Shown piece by piece: positions 1 to 13,100 of a DNA stretch of 64,000 nt. The stretch is from contig JBNGIO010006285.1 of the NCBI GenBank assembly GCA_049999805.1, forward strand, positions 227,972 through 291,971. Direction: 5' to 3'. The position numbers were made by a program, and so were the translations under genes. Every line of letters starts with the position of its first letter. The stretch's first letter is position 1. Source of the DNA: Folioceros fuciformis (Eukaryota). Below the pieces are notes generated by a model that saw only the letters and a list, made by a program, of their open reading frames with translations, did not search any database and was not told the DNA's origin.

Positions 1-710
1 GGGACAACATGCCAAATGGGACCCTGTATCGACAATGGCAACCCCACAACTGCATGTAGAGAGAGAAAAAGCCAAGGGGTGGGCCAAACCTAAGCGAAAT
101 CTCATCGCGGTGGCGAAAGTTGCTAGTGTCATTCGAAACGCCTGGATGCAAGGTCGAGCTAAAAGCCAAGAGCCTACTCCTTTACCTGAACAAGATCGAA
201 TACGAGCTCGAGAAGACCTAGGGATGGATGAGTCTGAAAGAAGGGCTCTTAAAGCTTGGCCATATTGCTTTTCTAGGAGAGAGGCTTGGAACACCTGAAA
301 TAAAACTTTCAAGAACAGGGGAATCTTGTAGCAAAAAACGAGAGGCCAAAATTGGAGTTGAGAGGGCCCAGCTGCCGAGAAAGGCAGCTGGGGTAGAGGC
401 CTCCATGGCCAAAAGACCAACCCCTCCAAAGGCGACTGGCAAAGAATCCTGCTTCCGAGCCAAATCACCGACAGCACACTCAAAGGTGCTCGGACCTATG
501 ATGTTCCCAAGAGCCTACATAACTTGATTGTCAAACTTCTTGAGACTTGAAAAGAAAAATGGAGAAGGCGTAACAGTTCTAGTGAGGTAACCTGGTCGCC
601 GTGCAAAACAAGAAGAAAAAATACCAAACGCAATCTGAGGATCACCGATTTGTGAGAGGTCTATGATATGAGCCAAATCTTCATCCAACGCTTCATCCAC
701 AAACCTATGA
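1..710 (-). mobile_element. Degenerate non-LTR retrotransposon fragment, RLE-type (CRE/R2-like), post-RT region and CCHC zinc knuckle
   Basis: Minus-strand translation gives 'FVDEALDEDL...RRPGYLTRT', 'LPVAFGGVGL...AAFLGSW' and 'WLLARP...MRFRLG...CSCG...HLACC', a layout typical of RLE non-LTR elements. The frame is disrupted and runs off the window start. Confidence 0.6.
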
Positions 711-879
711 ACAATTTAAACAACAAGTGAGAAATCTTTGCAAAGGTTTTGAAAATCAAATCTTCAAGCATAAGAAGGAAAAGAATATAGAATTATCAAA
801 TTTTACTAATGTTGATATAAGGAGACATTAGATTTTGATACCAGTACCTAGCTCATGTCAAATGCGTGCTCAACCAATT

Positions 880-985
880 AAGCTAAATTTTATAAATTTA
901 ACTTTTTTAAATTAACTTATAACTTAAAAAAATAAGTTATAAGTTAGCTACTTTTTTAAGTTATAAATTATAAAATTAAGTATTT
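880..985. repeat. AT-rich imperfect inverted repeat (foldback/MITE-like relic)
   Basis: Arms TAACTTATAACTTA / TAAGTTATAAGTTA surround an A run at about 913-946, with further copies of the motif nearby. Confidence 0.5.
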
Positions 986-1769
986 TTTTTCCAAGACGCC
1001 ACATTTTGCATATGCTATCCCTTGTTCATTCCCACCCATTTTGTAATACTCCAACACTTATGTGGGCCTTTAGGGTTTAGGGTAGCAAAAATGACATGGT
1101 CAGCCACATCGAGGCCCTCTTACTCTAAATGCCATGCAGAATATGTGGTCTCTTGATTCAACCCTTGATTTGCACACCCACTACTCCAAGGATTGCATGT
1201 CCCCACATTCTTTCCCTTTATGACAAAGTCGTTAGAAACCCTTCCACCATCTCAGATTTGGCATACATGTGCTCTGAGGAGGAACAAGTTGGAAGAAACG
1301 TTCATCTACCTTCACACATGGGCTATGAATCTCATAGTAGACTAGCTGGTGAAGCTTTATTAGGTTTTCCATGTTCAAAATAAAGCAAAGATTAAGGAGG
1401 TTCACGTGAAGGAATGCAGTTTGTGCTCTTTGGTGAGCACATTCACCCCCTCTTCTACCCTCCAGCACATGTATACACACACAAGATGTGGTTTCCTAAT
1501 TATCTATCGGACACATATCTAAGTTTTACAAGGAGATCAAAAACTTGTTGCCCTAAAAACCAAGTCCTTCTTGCTTGCACACAGCCTACACATTGTGCAA
1601 AACAAAACAATTGATTATGTGCAAGATGTTCCATGAACGAAATGGCCCTATTTAGCTTCCCCTTCTTGGCGGAATAGAAGTGGAAGAATTTGATTTAAGT
1701 CCACAAAGAATGGATTTCCATCATGGGATTGAATAGGTGAACTTGGTCGCCATTAGTTGCTTCTTCCAT

Positions 1770-1900
1770 TTCCAATCCATTTAAACCTCCATTGTAACAC
1801 TCTCCAATCCATCTAGACCTCCATTGTAAGGCTCTCTAATCCATCTAGACCTTCATAGTAAAGCTCTCCAATCCACCTAGACCTCCATAGTAAAGCTCTC
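1770..1900. repeat. ~29-bp tandem repeat, about 4.5 copies
   Basis: Repeated unit resembling CTCTCCAATCCATCTAGACCTCCATTGTAA. Confidence 0.8.
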
Positions 1901-2299
1901 ATGAAGCTAAAAGCACATGAATTGAGATGCTTGTGCCATCCGAGGGTGTTGCTTCTTCCATTTCTGATCCATCTTGATCTCCATAGTAAAGCTTTTGGAT
2001 GCTAAAAGCACATCTAATGAGACAATCATATGTGTATTATTGTGACGTTCCAAACTACTAAGACAATAGATTCTAATGTTACCCAATCAATCATTCAATT
2101 TTATTGATATTTACTTCTATGAATGAAATAACTAATTAATTATATTTATGTTCACTAGGGATGAAATCCCAACCAAGTTTTCCATGTCTCATGGAACACC
2201 AAGATAAAGAGACCAAGCCTAGACTTGTGTTCAAATGTCTTAGGCCAAATGGATACAAGTTTATCAAAACTTTGAAATTAAGTTTCCAACGCATACGTA

Positions 2300-2672
2300 A
2301 ATGGGATGCCTAAAACGAACGGTGCCTAAAGGAAAGATGTGAAGTTGGTAGGTGTTCCAAATATCAAATCCCATAACAGTGCCTAAAGGAAAGATGGGAT
2401 GCCTAAAACGAACGGTGCCTAAAGGAAAGATGTGAAGTTGGTAGGTGTTCCAAATACCAAATCCCATAACAGTGCCTAAAGGAAAGATGCGAAGTTGGTA
2501 GGTGTTCCAAATACCAAATCCCATAACGGAAACAAGGTCTCCTATGGTACTAGTTGGTAGGTGTTCCAAATACCAAATCCCATAACGGAAACCAGGTCTC
2601 CTATGGTACTAGTNNNNNNNNNNCAAATACCAAATCCCATAACGGAAACCAGGTCTCCTATGGTACTAGTCC
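2300..2672. repeat. Composite tandem repeat (~57-60-bp units) spanning an assembly gap
   Basis: Repeated GTGCCTAAAGGAAAGATGTGAAGTTGGTAGGTGTTCCAAATACCAAATCCCATAAC. N gap at 2614-2623. Confidence 0.85.
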
Positions 2673-3497
2673 TATGACCGACTCTAATGCAATTATTCTT
2701 ACGTTTCTTCTCTTGCGGGCAGTGTCCAGGGGTTGCATTGTGGCCGAGGGTTACCGACGGTTTAGGTTGAATCAACGCCCGTTCTTGACGCAACGGAACG
2801 GCTGGAATAAGGCTTATCAAGATGACCTACTAATCCTTTCCCGTAGCCAGGCAGCTTTGCTATTGCTCAATCATTGCAGTGGGCCTGATGTGGCTTTCAC
2901 ATCGAAGAAGACAAGCTTCCTCTTCATTGCGCAGTGCACTTTAATGAGATGCATCGTAAACCTAGAATAGAAATACTGTGCAGTTTTTAGCCTTACGGCG
3001 CCGTTCATTACGAACGGCGCCGGGAATGGCGTAGTGCTTGGGCAGGAGCTTTCATAATGAGGGTCCGAAAAGTGCGGAATCAGTCAGCGCTATCTCAGGG
3101 CCGGGTTCCGCCGAGCTAAATAATAAGGTTAATTTATAATCTCATTCTAAGAGAGCATGAGATCATAAGAGATAGGTCTAGAGTCTGGACCTAGACCTAC
3201 ATAAGAAGCGGTGTGTGGTATGTCTTTCCACTCTTCGCATTCTCATGTTAGGGTTTTCATTTCTTGGTTGTCCTCTCGCATTTCCTTCGTGGAGAGGAGT
3301 CTTGTTGGTTTTTGCCAAGTGTTATGTTAGAGTTGTTTTTTTTGTTATTTAGTTTCTTGGTAAAGACAATCCTCTACCAAGGTCTTGGTATCTTGAAGTT
3401 TTGAAGTGCATGATATCTTCATTCTAGTTTTGTATGATATTTTATGCCTTAAAATGATGAATAGGTTTGCAATCTTGTATCTGAAATTTGTGGAACT

Positions 3498-3935
3498 ACG
3501 ATTACGCTATTTATTGTGGGTGATTCTGCGTACCCTTTGATGCCTTTTCTTATGAAAGCTTTTCATGCAGTAGAAAATGATAGAGAAAAGGCTATGTTTA
3601 ATAAGAGCATGCGGCGTGGGTGGGTGAAGATAGAAAATGCTTTTGCACTCTTGAAAAAAGGGGGTCGCATATTGAAAAACCTGAATGTAAGATTGAAATA
3701 TGCCTCTCAAGTTGTAATTGCTTGTTGTGTGTTACATAATTATTGTATCATGACTGGCGAGGCACATCCTCGGGACGTCGATGCGGACCCATATCCTTTA
3801 CATGATGACCAGGAAATAAATATGTGGGAGGATATGTCATATAGACATTTATATAACGAAGCGAAAAAGAGAAGACAAACTTTGTTCAGTACTTGGAGAA
3901 TTTCTGCACAAGGTCCCTTGATAGCTGAAACATAG
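3498..3935 (+). mobile_element. PIF/Harbinger transposase (DDE_Tnp_4), C-terminal fragment
   Basis: 'GDSAYPL', 'FNKSM...KIENAFALLK' and 'IACCVLHNYC' are hallmark Harbinger/HARBI1 motifs. The N-terminal part was not found upstream. Confidence 0.85.
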
Positions 3936-4066
3936 AGTATGGAATGGTGGAAAGTGTTAAAAGAGAAAACATTAAACGTGAAGATGTCATTCACCTTCAG
4001 TGAATACATTTGCAAATAGAAAATTGCCTTCAAATAGCCAATAATATTTCTAAATAAAAAGGACTT

Positions 4067-5330
4067 CTACTCATTTGGGACATTGGGCTTGCTTTTCTTC
4101 GGAGACCGCCCTGCCAAGACTTTTGCCATCTCTAATTGATTCGCAAGAAACAATTTTTGCATTTGCAAGGAATTGGCCATCTTGGCTGACTCTATCTGAG
4201 CGGGGCATTCAGCAAAAGCTACCAAGCCAGACATGAGATCCTTGCCTAAACCGCCTGATGACCTACGTCGCTTTATTTTTTTGGATTGCACTCCATATGC
4301 AATGTGTTCCTCTTTATCTATTTCGGAAGGTGAATGGTTGCTATCACATGGGGTTTTAGGATCATGTGAAACCCTGCCTTCACTGCAAAATTGCCAACCA
4401 CAAAATCTTTAAAATCAGACCAAAATGGAATAGTAGATCCATACAAGTAAGGACTAGCAGATATTTACTTGCTTGGATTAGCATGTAGGCAAGAACTATA
4501 CTAGTACCAAAGAAAATTAGCAGGCACATAAGAGACCAGACTAGAAGACACACCAGACTAGATTGGCAAGCACAGGAGTAGACTAGAAAATTCAGCTTAA
4601 CAAAGCACCACTGTTATCTAGCTTGGTAGATTCCCTCCATCACTCACAAATTTGGCCTAGGCAGGTACCTTAAGCTGGCTCTTGTAGGCAGAGGTGGAGG
4701 GGTCCTAATGTTAGCAACATATATCTCCTCAACTTCAGCAGTGGGAGCAGTAGGTTTTATGGCACCCTCCAATTTTTGGAGCAATCTGCAAGGACAGAGT
4801 GGAAATGGATTTACCTGGGTCTATGCCATTGGGGATTCCTACAAACTTAGAGTTGTTGTCACAAAGTGTTGCCAGTGCAGTGCAGCAAAGTGTGGGCAAA
4901 AGGAATTGGTTTGGCTAGAGCTTGCCTTCATGTCTTTCTCCTTCCGGAAGCGCTTCTTCAAGTTTTCTAACTTATGTTTGCATTTCCTAGCTATGAGGTT
5001 GTCCACGTTGCAGGTGCTGCAGATTTCTTGGGCAATTCGTGTTGAGTGCTTCGTCCTCAAATTCCCGTGCTTGAGGTGCACAATCTGCATCTCTAAGCAA
5101 GCTTCAATGAGTGTTGTTGTGGCCTCTTCACTCAATGCAACAGATTCGGGTCGTTTGCCTTGAGCTTTGAGGAAATCTTTGGCACTTCCAGGCATAACAT
5201 CGTTGTCTGATTCCCCCTTGTTCTCCATGTTGTGCCATAAAATTTCTTCTCCACCAACGGCCTCCTCCATGCTGATGTTCCAAGAATGCAGCACGGGTTG
5301 CGTTCCAAGAGCAGCACAGGTTGCGGGCAC
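4067..5330 (-). mobile_element. Myb/SANT-like (trihelix) DNA-binding partner ORF of the Harbinger element, degenerate
   Basis: 'SEEATTTLIEACLE...NLRTKH...IAQEI...CKHKLENLKKRFRKEK', plus a C-terminal helical/basic piece at 4067-4291. It is convergent with the transposase, as expected for the Harbinger two-gene layout. Confidence 0.65.
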
Positions 5331-5606
5331 GGCTCATTTTGGTAATCCGTGTTTTTGGTAATGGAGTTTAGATCCCAGGATTTGTAAAGGAACCAGGGCT
5401 TGTACCCGACATGCACCCTGCTTAATATGAGGCTATTTACGGGCACACGATGCTCTGAAAGGCTCAATGAAAGCTTGAGTTGGGTGGAGAAAGAAAGCAT
5501 AAAATAAGGTATGAGCGTACTTTTCAGGAGTCACTGCGAACAACGAAGTGACTTTGGTCGGCTTCAATGTGAAAGCATCATGAGTCCATTGCTGTTTTGC
5601 TATGTA

Positions 5607-6671
5607 CAGTCGACCCTCTTTAAATGTGACCTCCCTAAATGTTATACCTCTATAAATGTTACATGTTTGGATACTCCCTAGTTGAGGAGTAAGGCTAAAT
5701 TTTCTTTTTCTATAAATATTATATACTACTTGTTTTATGAAAATAGGCACTCCCAACCACTATAGTCTAATTTTATAAATATTATTTTAATTTTATAATA
5801 TAAAAATTATATATATAAAATGCTTAGAATGGCATGGATAATATAGATATCTAACTTATCCAATCACAATGCGATAAAAAAGCTTGGTGTATCGATGTTA
5901 AAGAGAAAATCACTAGAAATTGTTGGAATCACTCTGCATTATAGCAGGAGAGAGCAAGTAGTAGCGTGTCAGATATAGACTTGAATCAACTTAGTTTTGA
6001 GACATGGAATGCTGACAATGATGATGAGCAACAGCAAGTCAACTAAGCAACATGTGAAGATTTGTTCCAAGCACTTTATGTGGAAATAGAAATGCTTCTT
6101 TATCAACTAATTTGGGACTTGAAACAACAGGATTGACCCCTACTATGTTTGCATAAGAATTTGTTGATTATGAGGTGATAAATGCATCTGCTATCTTTTT
6201 ACTCTAGATGCAGATGATATACAACCTCCACCTAAAAATGAAGTTATCGATGTTGAAAATTCTTCTGAAGAATATTATCAAGAAAAGCTTATTTAAGGTT
6301 GTGTTCAAGTGGAAGATGCACTGGGGGTGATTATGTTTTTGGAGGAATTTGCAACTAAGAAAGAAGTTTTACGTTAGGTCCTCTTTGAAATAAGTAGAAA
6401 TAACCCATTTTTTGAAGTCAATTTGAAGTTCATTTTTATGTTATTTATTATAAATTTATAATAATATTAGGTATTCTATTATAATTATATTTAATAAAAT
6501 AAATAATCATATATAAAATATATTTCATGATTTACATATTTGAAATAAATTTAAATATTTTATTTTTGATAAATACTTGAATCATCTAATTGTCACACCT
6601 CCCTAAATGTTACCCCTGCCCTACTCCCAACAGGTAACACATTTAGGGAGGGTTTTAGAGAGGGTGGACTG
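5607..6671. mobile_element. Non-autonomous Tc1/mariner (pogo/Tigger-like) element with terminal inverted repeats
   Basis: Left end TA|CAGTCGACCCTCTTTAAA. The right end reverse-complements to CAGTCCACCCTCTCTAAA. Subterminal CCTCCCTAAATGT motifs occur at both ends, the interior is AT-rich, and the right flank is TG (possibly a mutated TA). Confidence 0.75.
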
Positions 6672-7318
6672 TGTCCTCGTCTATTGGTTGAAGGAGAAGG
6701 ATCGCCTGCATCTCTGTTCCGGTGAGAGAGCCAGCTGAGGATCGTTACAGATTTCTTGAGTCGAATTGAGTGAATGACTTGTGATGTTGGTATAGAGTAG
6801 GCTTTTTTCTCCTTCTGAAAATCCTACATTGCTATGGACGTTCAACACATTCGAGGGAATTCTCTCCTCGTGCCTTGTAGCTTGCTCTCCTGTTTTCTGT
6901 CGTCACTTCTCTTTTCCTGCTCGACCTGGTTGTTCTTCCGGTTGCGATCTGTAAGTCGTGCAAGGGATTCTGTTGTTCACTTGAGAGGCAACATTTTTCT
7001 GAGCTGGAAGTCTGTCCTGATTGCCTCTTGATTCTAGAATTTCCGCTCCTGGATGTTGAGCTCTCTCTCTGGCCGTGGCAGTGCTTGACAGCGTCCAAGA
7101 AACACCACAGCAGGTTTTCGGAGGGATGTCAAGGCCTTGAAATGCGGCGGCAGCGCCGGAGTGCAAGTTTAGTGCATGACTTGGAATCTGGTGTTTTCTG
7201 TTTTTCCTCCTCGTGTGGAACATCTGACGAGGGGCAAGATATGGTAGACGTCGCGCCATGACTGGCTTTTATGTGCGAGCAGCCCTTATCAACAGCCCTT
7301 AGTGTTTGGTCTAGGAAG

Positions 7319-9121
7319 ATGAAGTCTGGAAGCTACCGTGCCCCTCCTAGAACGCGGAGTGCCAGAGGAGGTGTCACTCCTGAGCACTCGGGAGAGAACG
7401 CTGTGTGGTCCGCTGGTTTTCTATGCCGGATCTTCGTACAGATTCTGGCATGCGTTGCGAGTCTGGTCCTTGGTTTCCGTTTCTCAAGGGAATCTCTTTT
7501 TTTTGCATTTCACTGGAGCCAGCCTGATGTCTCTTACCTAGGTTTGTCATCAACTGAGGTCTCAAACAGAATAAATGACAGTGATGTGGCTTTGCAATTC
7601 CCTTATGTTTTTCACTCGGAAGTTGCTCCACCGAATCACACTTTCGTGGTCAAGGAAATATCTGAGGTTTCACTTCCATTGAACGGCACTAAAAGCAGTC
7701 GGGTGCATGTGGGACGGCATGAGATCCTTGTCCGGCCATGGCCTCATCCAGATCCCTTGCAGATGCTGGTGGCACACAATTTGATTCTTCGTGTTCAAGT
7801 GGAGCAGATGCACTTATATGGAGGCAGGCACAGGCGGAGAATCATTGCTATAACTCCCACTTTTTCTCGCACGTTCCAGACTGTCCATTTATCAGGCCTT
7901 CGTTCCACACTCTCTCATGTCTCCGCTCCATTGACCTGGATTGTTGTTGAGGCCGGGGGCCAGCCTTCTTCAGAAACTGTGGAGTTGCTAGCCAAATCAG
8001 GCTTGGAATTTGTCCACTTAACACCTGATGTACTCCGGCCAAGTTCTTGGGATGAGCAAGCTGAAGTGGAAGCAAGGTTGAGGCTGCTTGGACTGAGGTC
8101 AGTTTCACGGTCTTTATTCCTCCCTCTTTGACTTTTTGTATCAGCTGCACAAGTGCTTTGCCGTTGCGTCCACCAGGATGTGAACCCGATTTTTCCTTGT
8201 TTATGCAGATATGTGCGTCAAAAGAATCTGCCTGGCATTGTGGTGTTTGCAGATGAAAGCAATTCTTACAGCCTTGAGTTCTTTGAAGAGGTGCAAAATG
8301 TCAAATGGATAGGAGCAGTTTCAGTTGGAATACTGCAGGAGCCAAGGATACTTGAGGAGTCTGCATCAGTAGATGCTAGCTCAAAGTTCTATCCGATTCA
8401 GGGCCCTGTCTGTAACAGCTCTGGACATTTGGTAGGGTGGCACACAGTTGACCATTCGCATGGGTCTGTTACGGTGGGATATACAGAGCCTGTGGATGTG
8501 TTCACAGCGCGCAGGAGCCTGGAGTGGGCAGGCTTTGTCATCAATTCGGAGATCCTCTGGGAGAGTAGTTTAAAGCCACGTTGGCTAAAGGATTGGGATG
8601 ATTGGTTTTCTGCCGATGGGGTTGTTGACTCTCCAACAAGTATTGTAAGAGATGAGCACCTGATTGAGCCTCTTGGAATATGTGGAAGCCGTGTTCTTGT
8701 TTGGTGGTTGCGCGCAGAAGCTCGAGCTGACAGCAAACATCCTGATCGGTATCCCATCCCTAACCTGTAGTTCTTTGATTGTTTTGTGCTACGCTTGTAG
8801 GGCTCTTTTGGGCTTTGCAGAGGGTTTTCTGATGATTTTACTCGACACACTCATTTGAGCTCTTCGGAGTTGTTTTGCAGGTGGTTAATAGATCCGCCTT
8901 TGGAGGTTGTGGTTCCCTCCCAAATAACTCCATGGCCTAACCCGCCACCACCACCGCCACCAGAAAGTGACGTTCCGTTGCACCCCAGGGAGAATTCTGG
9001 ACGTGGACACAAGCCTCGGAAACTGGGTGGGAAAGATTCGAAGTCCAAGGCCCGATCACGTCGTGATAAAAGGAAACATGATCAAATGCGAACGGAGAAG
9101 CACGGCTCCAACGGCTCGTGA
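7319..9121 (+). CDS. IRX14: GT43 beta-1,4-xylosyltransferase, IRX14-like (exons ~7319-8097, 8209-8748, 8881-9121)
   Basis: N-terminal TM helix followed by 'LGFRFSR', 'VGRHEILVRPWPHPDP', 'ITPTFSRTFQ', 'WIVVEAGG', 'PIQGPVCNSSG', 'LEWAGFVIN' and 'WWLRAEARADSK..WLIDPPLE'. GT-AG introns keep the frame. An upstream in-frame ATG lies at 7271. Confidence 0.9.
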
Positions 9122-10120
9122 CAATGGAGAAACATCCGGCCAGTCGTCCTTTGGAAGTCAGCCAGCACAAGAATGTGAGTGTGGGCTGATCGGGGACGAA
9201 AGACATTTGCTTGCCCCATGAGTTGGATTCCGATGGACTGGCTAAGCAGCGGAGCGGAATTGGTAGTCTCCAAGTCCTGCTTCACCTCCACGCAGCTTGT
9301 CTGACAGTTGTGCACGTGGTGATTCCTGATTTTTACTTTGAGAGGGGAAACACGCCAACTTTAGTTAAACTCTCTCAGGATGCTGAATAATGAGCAACCT
9401 GGTTTCCGCAAGTTCAACTTTTTGCAGAGAATGCACAATATTCACTCATCAATTCTTACGACTGACGTTGCTTGCCACCAATCGATAGCACCGTGCCCAC
9501 CGTCGCTGCTTTTGACCTAGCGTCGCCTCCTTCTCTAGGACATCGTTAAGGGGATGGACGTCCTTACAACGATGCATAAAACAACAAATCACGATGCATG
9601 CGTGAGAATGGTTGATGCAGTCACATGACTAAAGAGAGTCTGTCAAAACAAACATGTTACAAGGAGTTCGTTGCAGTTACAAAACTGGATGACAAAGAAG
9701 TCTGTTCACCGCTGAACAGTTTACACTAGATTTCACACGCGTACTCTCAAGCTCAGGAATTTATACACTACACAGACGGCCTACGGCAGCAATGCGACAA
9801 CATCGAAACGATGAGTCAACATCTTGAAGCCAGCAGAGTCTGTACAGCATGGCCCAAGGTCTGGACTCGGCGTGATGAACCAAATCGCTCCTCAGCCCTC
9901 CCACCTTGTCCCAAATCCTTTTTGCTCAACTTTCCCAAGCCTTCCAGAACCTAGAAGCGTGTACCCCACCGTGATTAAAAAAAAGCACGCCGTTAAACTC
10001 CGTTGTCACTATGCAGCGATTGACCAGTTCCAGCATGACATTCCACACTTGGGAACTGAACAAGGCCATCATCGAACTCAAGTACACGGGGTCATCAAGC
10101 TTGCACAGCTTACTCAAACC

Positions 10121-13100
10121 TCATACCTTACGAGTTACCTGGCCTTTCCTGCTCGACTTCCGCCTGTTATCTTTCTGTGGAGCGGTCTTGACCTTTGAAC
10201 CCTTCTGTGCCTGCTTTTGCTTCCCTTTAGAGTTGGCCGATGGAGCCGCATCACCTTCATCAGCATCGGCTCGGGTGGACACGCCTCTTCTCGATCCCCT
10301 GGTGGCGTTCTCCGGGGTGACCTGCCTGCCTGGTGTGCTCAGTGACTCCAAAAGTTCAGGAGACGAGTCTGACAGCAGTACAACGGAAGGGATTTCTGCC
10401 ACTGCAGGTGCTTCCTTATCCTTCTCCTTTGCTGGTGCTGTCTTGGTGGATCTCTTGGCGTTCACAGCTTTCTTCCCCCTAACAGACGCTTTCGAGGACC
10501 CGGCCACCTTGGCTTGTGCTCCTGTATTTGATGTACGTGTTGAAGCACCTACTTCAAGATTCTGTCCAACCCCCCTTCTCGCTGTCTCAGGTATGCCAGT
10601 CCCAGGCGATTTTGCAATACTTGCTGGCACCCTGGTCTTCAAAGCCCGTTTGGGTTTTTCCTTTTCAGAGGCAGGTGTCACATTCACTGAGACTGTGTGA
10701 GCACTCTCTTGTTCACCACGTGAAGGTGTCTTCTTTTTTGTTGAGGTCTTCCCGACCACATCCTCAGAGGCTTCAGCTTGCTTCCTCTTCTTTGAACTTG
10801 ACCGAGTATCTTTCCTCTCTTCAGCAGCCCTAACCTCACTAACGGGCTCAGGGATATGCTTCCCAGGTTTGATCACACTTCCCCCCTTCCCACCTGCTCT
10901 AGATGTCCTCAAGCCTTCATTCTTTCCTTTCTCTTTGCTAGGCTGCACCCTGGTAACCTGGGCAGAAACTTTCTGCTGTTTGGCTGGTCTTCCAGCCTGT
11001 AGTGAGTGGAAAGTTCATGGCCAGAGGAGAACCGAAGATCAGATATTTTTAAGTATAAAATGCACACAAGATAATCGCCACAGCAGGCAAAAGTTACCTC
11101 ATCCATGTCCGGCTGAAATTCTTTCCAGTTACCATCTCTCCATACAAGTGTCGGCCTCAAATCCCATGACTTCATTACTGACGTGTCCCCCTCCCCTGCA
11201 TAAAAAGCGACATTACACCAATGTCAGCTGGATGTGAGCTATTCAAAAATATTTCAAACCACAGTAACGCACCTGGAAAGTGGACTGTAATTTTGGTTTC
11301 ATCCTCATTATTGACTGCAGTCACCAAACCTTCCCACCACCTGAGAAGATAGGCAATTGCGCAAATTTTGTAAATACTGTGCATGATTTCCATCACCTCA
11401 GGGATATTGAGGACGTTGACACCGGGTTCGTTTCTTACCCATCACGTATCCAAGCATCAACTCTATCCCCAATGGCCCACCTTCGGTTTCCTCCATCAGA
11501 TCGTCTTCGCTTTCTGGACTTTTGGCTCCCTGAGACACTGACAGGATGTGCCAGGCGCACTCGAGGTGCACCATGCCCTCCATTACCTATGGGCCCCAAC
11601 AGTATCCATTCCTGCAGAGGACCACTTCCTGCAATATGACATGCAACAAGGTCAACAATGCACACAAGCCAAAGTAAAATGCTCACCCTAGGACGAATCA
11701 GAATGTCCCAACAAAAAAGTGAGCTTACCATCATCAGATAATATTTCATCATACTCGACCAACGCTTCCCCAGGCCTCACAGAAACAACTTTGCCTGTAA
11801 ACCAGGCACCCCGGAGGCCATCTTCATCACCAAGAACCTTGAGCAACACATTTTAGTGTTAATCACTCCAAGAGGAAACTATTATCAAAAGCCTTAGGGC
11901 GGGCGAACAGTAGAGAGGCAGGTCACGACCCCATCATCAGACACTTCAAACAAGAGGAAATACACGTAGTAAGGTAGGTAGACCAGACCTCAACAATAGC
12001 TCCTTCATGAATGGAGTCACTCATGCCAGCATCCGGTTGCAATAATGGTGATTCGATCACATCTGCTTGTTTTGCACTCGGCGGATTCTTGGACAAAGGA
12101 GAACTGGGTACTACAGGCTCCTTTGATACTGGGCCCCGTACAGAACCGGCTGACTGCCTGGATTTTGGCGCAGCTTTCACCTTTGCTTGAGGCTTTAGTT
12201 TCATTTGAATTTTCTTCTTAGCAACCCTTAAGCGAGCCTTGATTTCCTTGCTGATCTGTTTCTTTCCTGGACTTCTCGTCTTTGACGTGCGTTTAGTTTC
12301 ATCATCTATTACATCCATCGCCTGTTCCCTTTCTGCAGCTGCTTTTCTCTTAGTAGGTTTCCTCAGAACTGCCTTGGCCTTTGCTCGCTTACCACCAGCA
12401 CTTTCAGGAGGCTTGACCTGCTTCCAATAATTTACAATGCCATCTCGTCGAAGAGTGTCTAATGTGAGGGGAAAGGGGTCCCCCATGGAAATAACCGCCC
12501 CGGTCTGTGCTGCAGCCTCAGTCGCAAGTTCTGCAGCTCTTGCAATTGCATCTAGAGTGTCAGCCCTCCGTTTGGCAGCCACTGCATCCTCAGCTCTTTT
12601 CATTGTCTGTTCTCTAGCCTCATGCAATACACCAAGTCCACAAGGAGCGGAAGCTTCTCCTGTCTCATCTGCAGTGCACTTCACCTGTGATGCGGCCTCA
12701 AATTCCTCTTTCACAAGTGATGCAGCTTCAAATGCCATTTTGGCAATTTCTGCTGCAGCTTTAGCCACCGAAGCAGCAGCAGCTAGGCTGGCAGCAGCAG
12801 ATGCAGCCTGGTGTTCTTGTTCTGACGCAAGCTTTGCAGGGCTCCCTGCCTCCACACGATTCCACACAGCCTGACTCTTATCTGCAGCAGATGCAGCAGC
12901 AACAGCAGCAGCTTCTGCACTGATCCTGGCTTGATCTAACTGGGAAGCGGCCAGATCACTAAATCCACCCCTATCGGGAAGCCTATTCATGGGCCCAGCG
13001 CCAGGAGCTTCAGATGGAGCAGCCAATCTAGGAACAACACCAGGTGGAAGTTGCTGCCTAGAGGATGAGGCTGGCTGTGAGTTTTGAATCGCTGTTAGTG

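Noticed and set aside
1070-1083. TTTAGGG telomere repeats
   Set aside because: Only two units are present, which is common background or telo-box sequence and not a telomere.
2550-2672. Exact duplications flanking the 10-N gaps (also at 20780-20885, 48840-48930 and 55955-56062)
   Set aside because: Identical sequence on both sides of a gap is the signature of unmerged contig overlaps rather than biological duplication.
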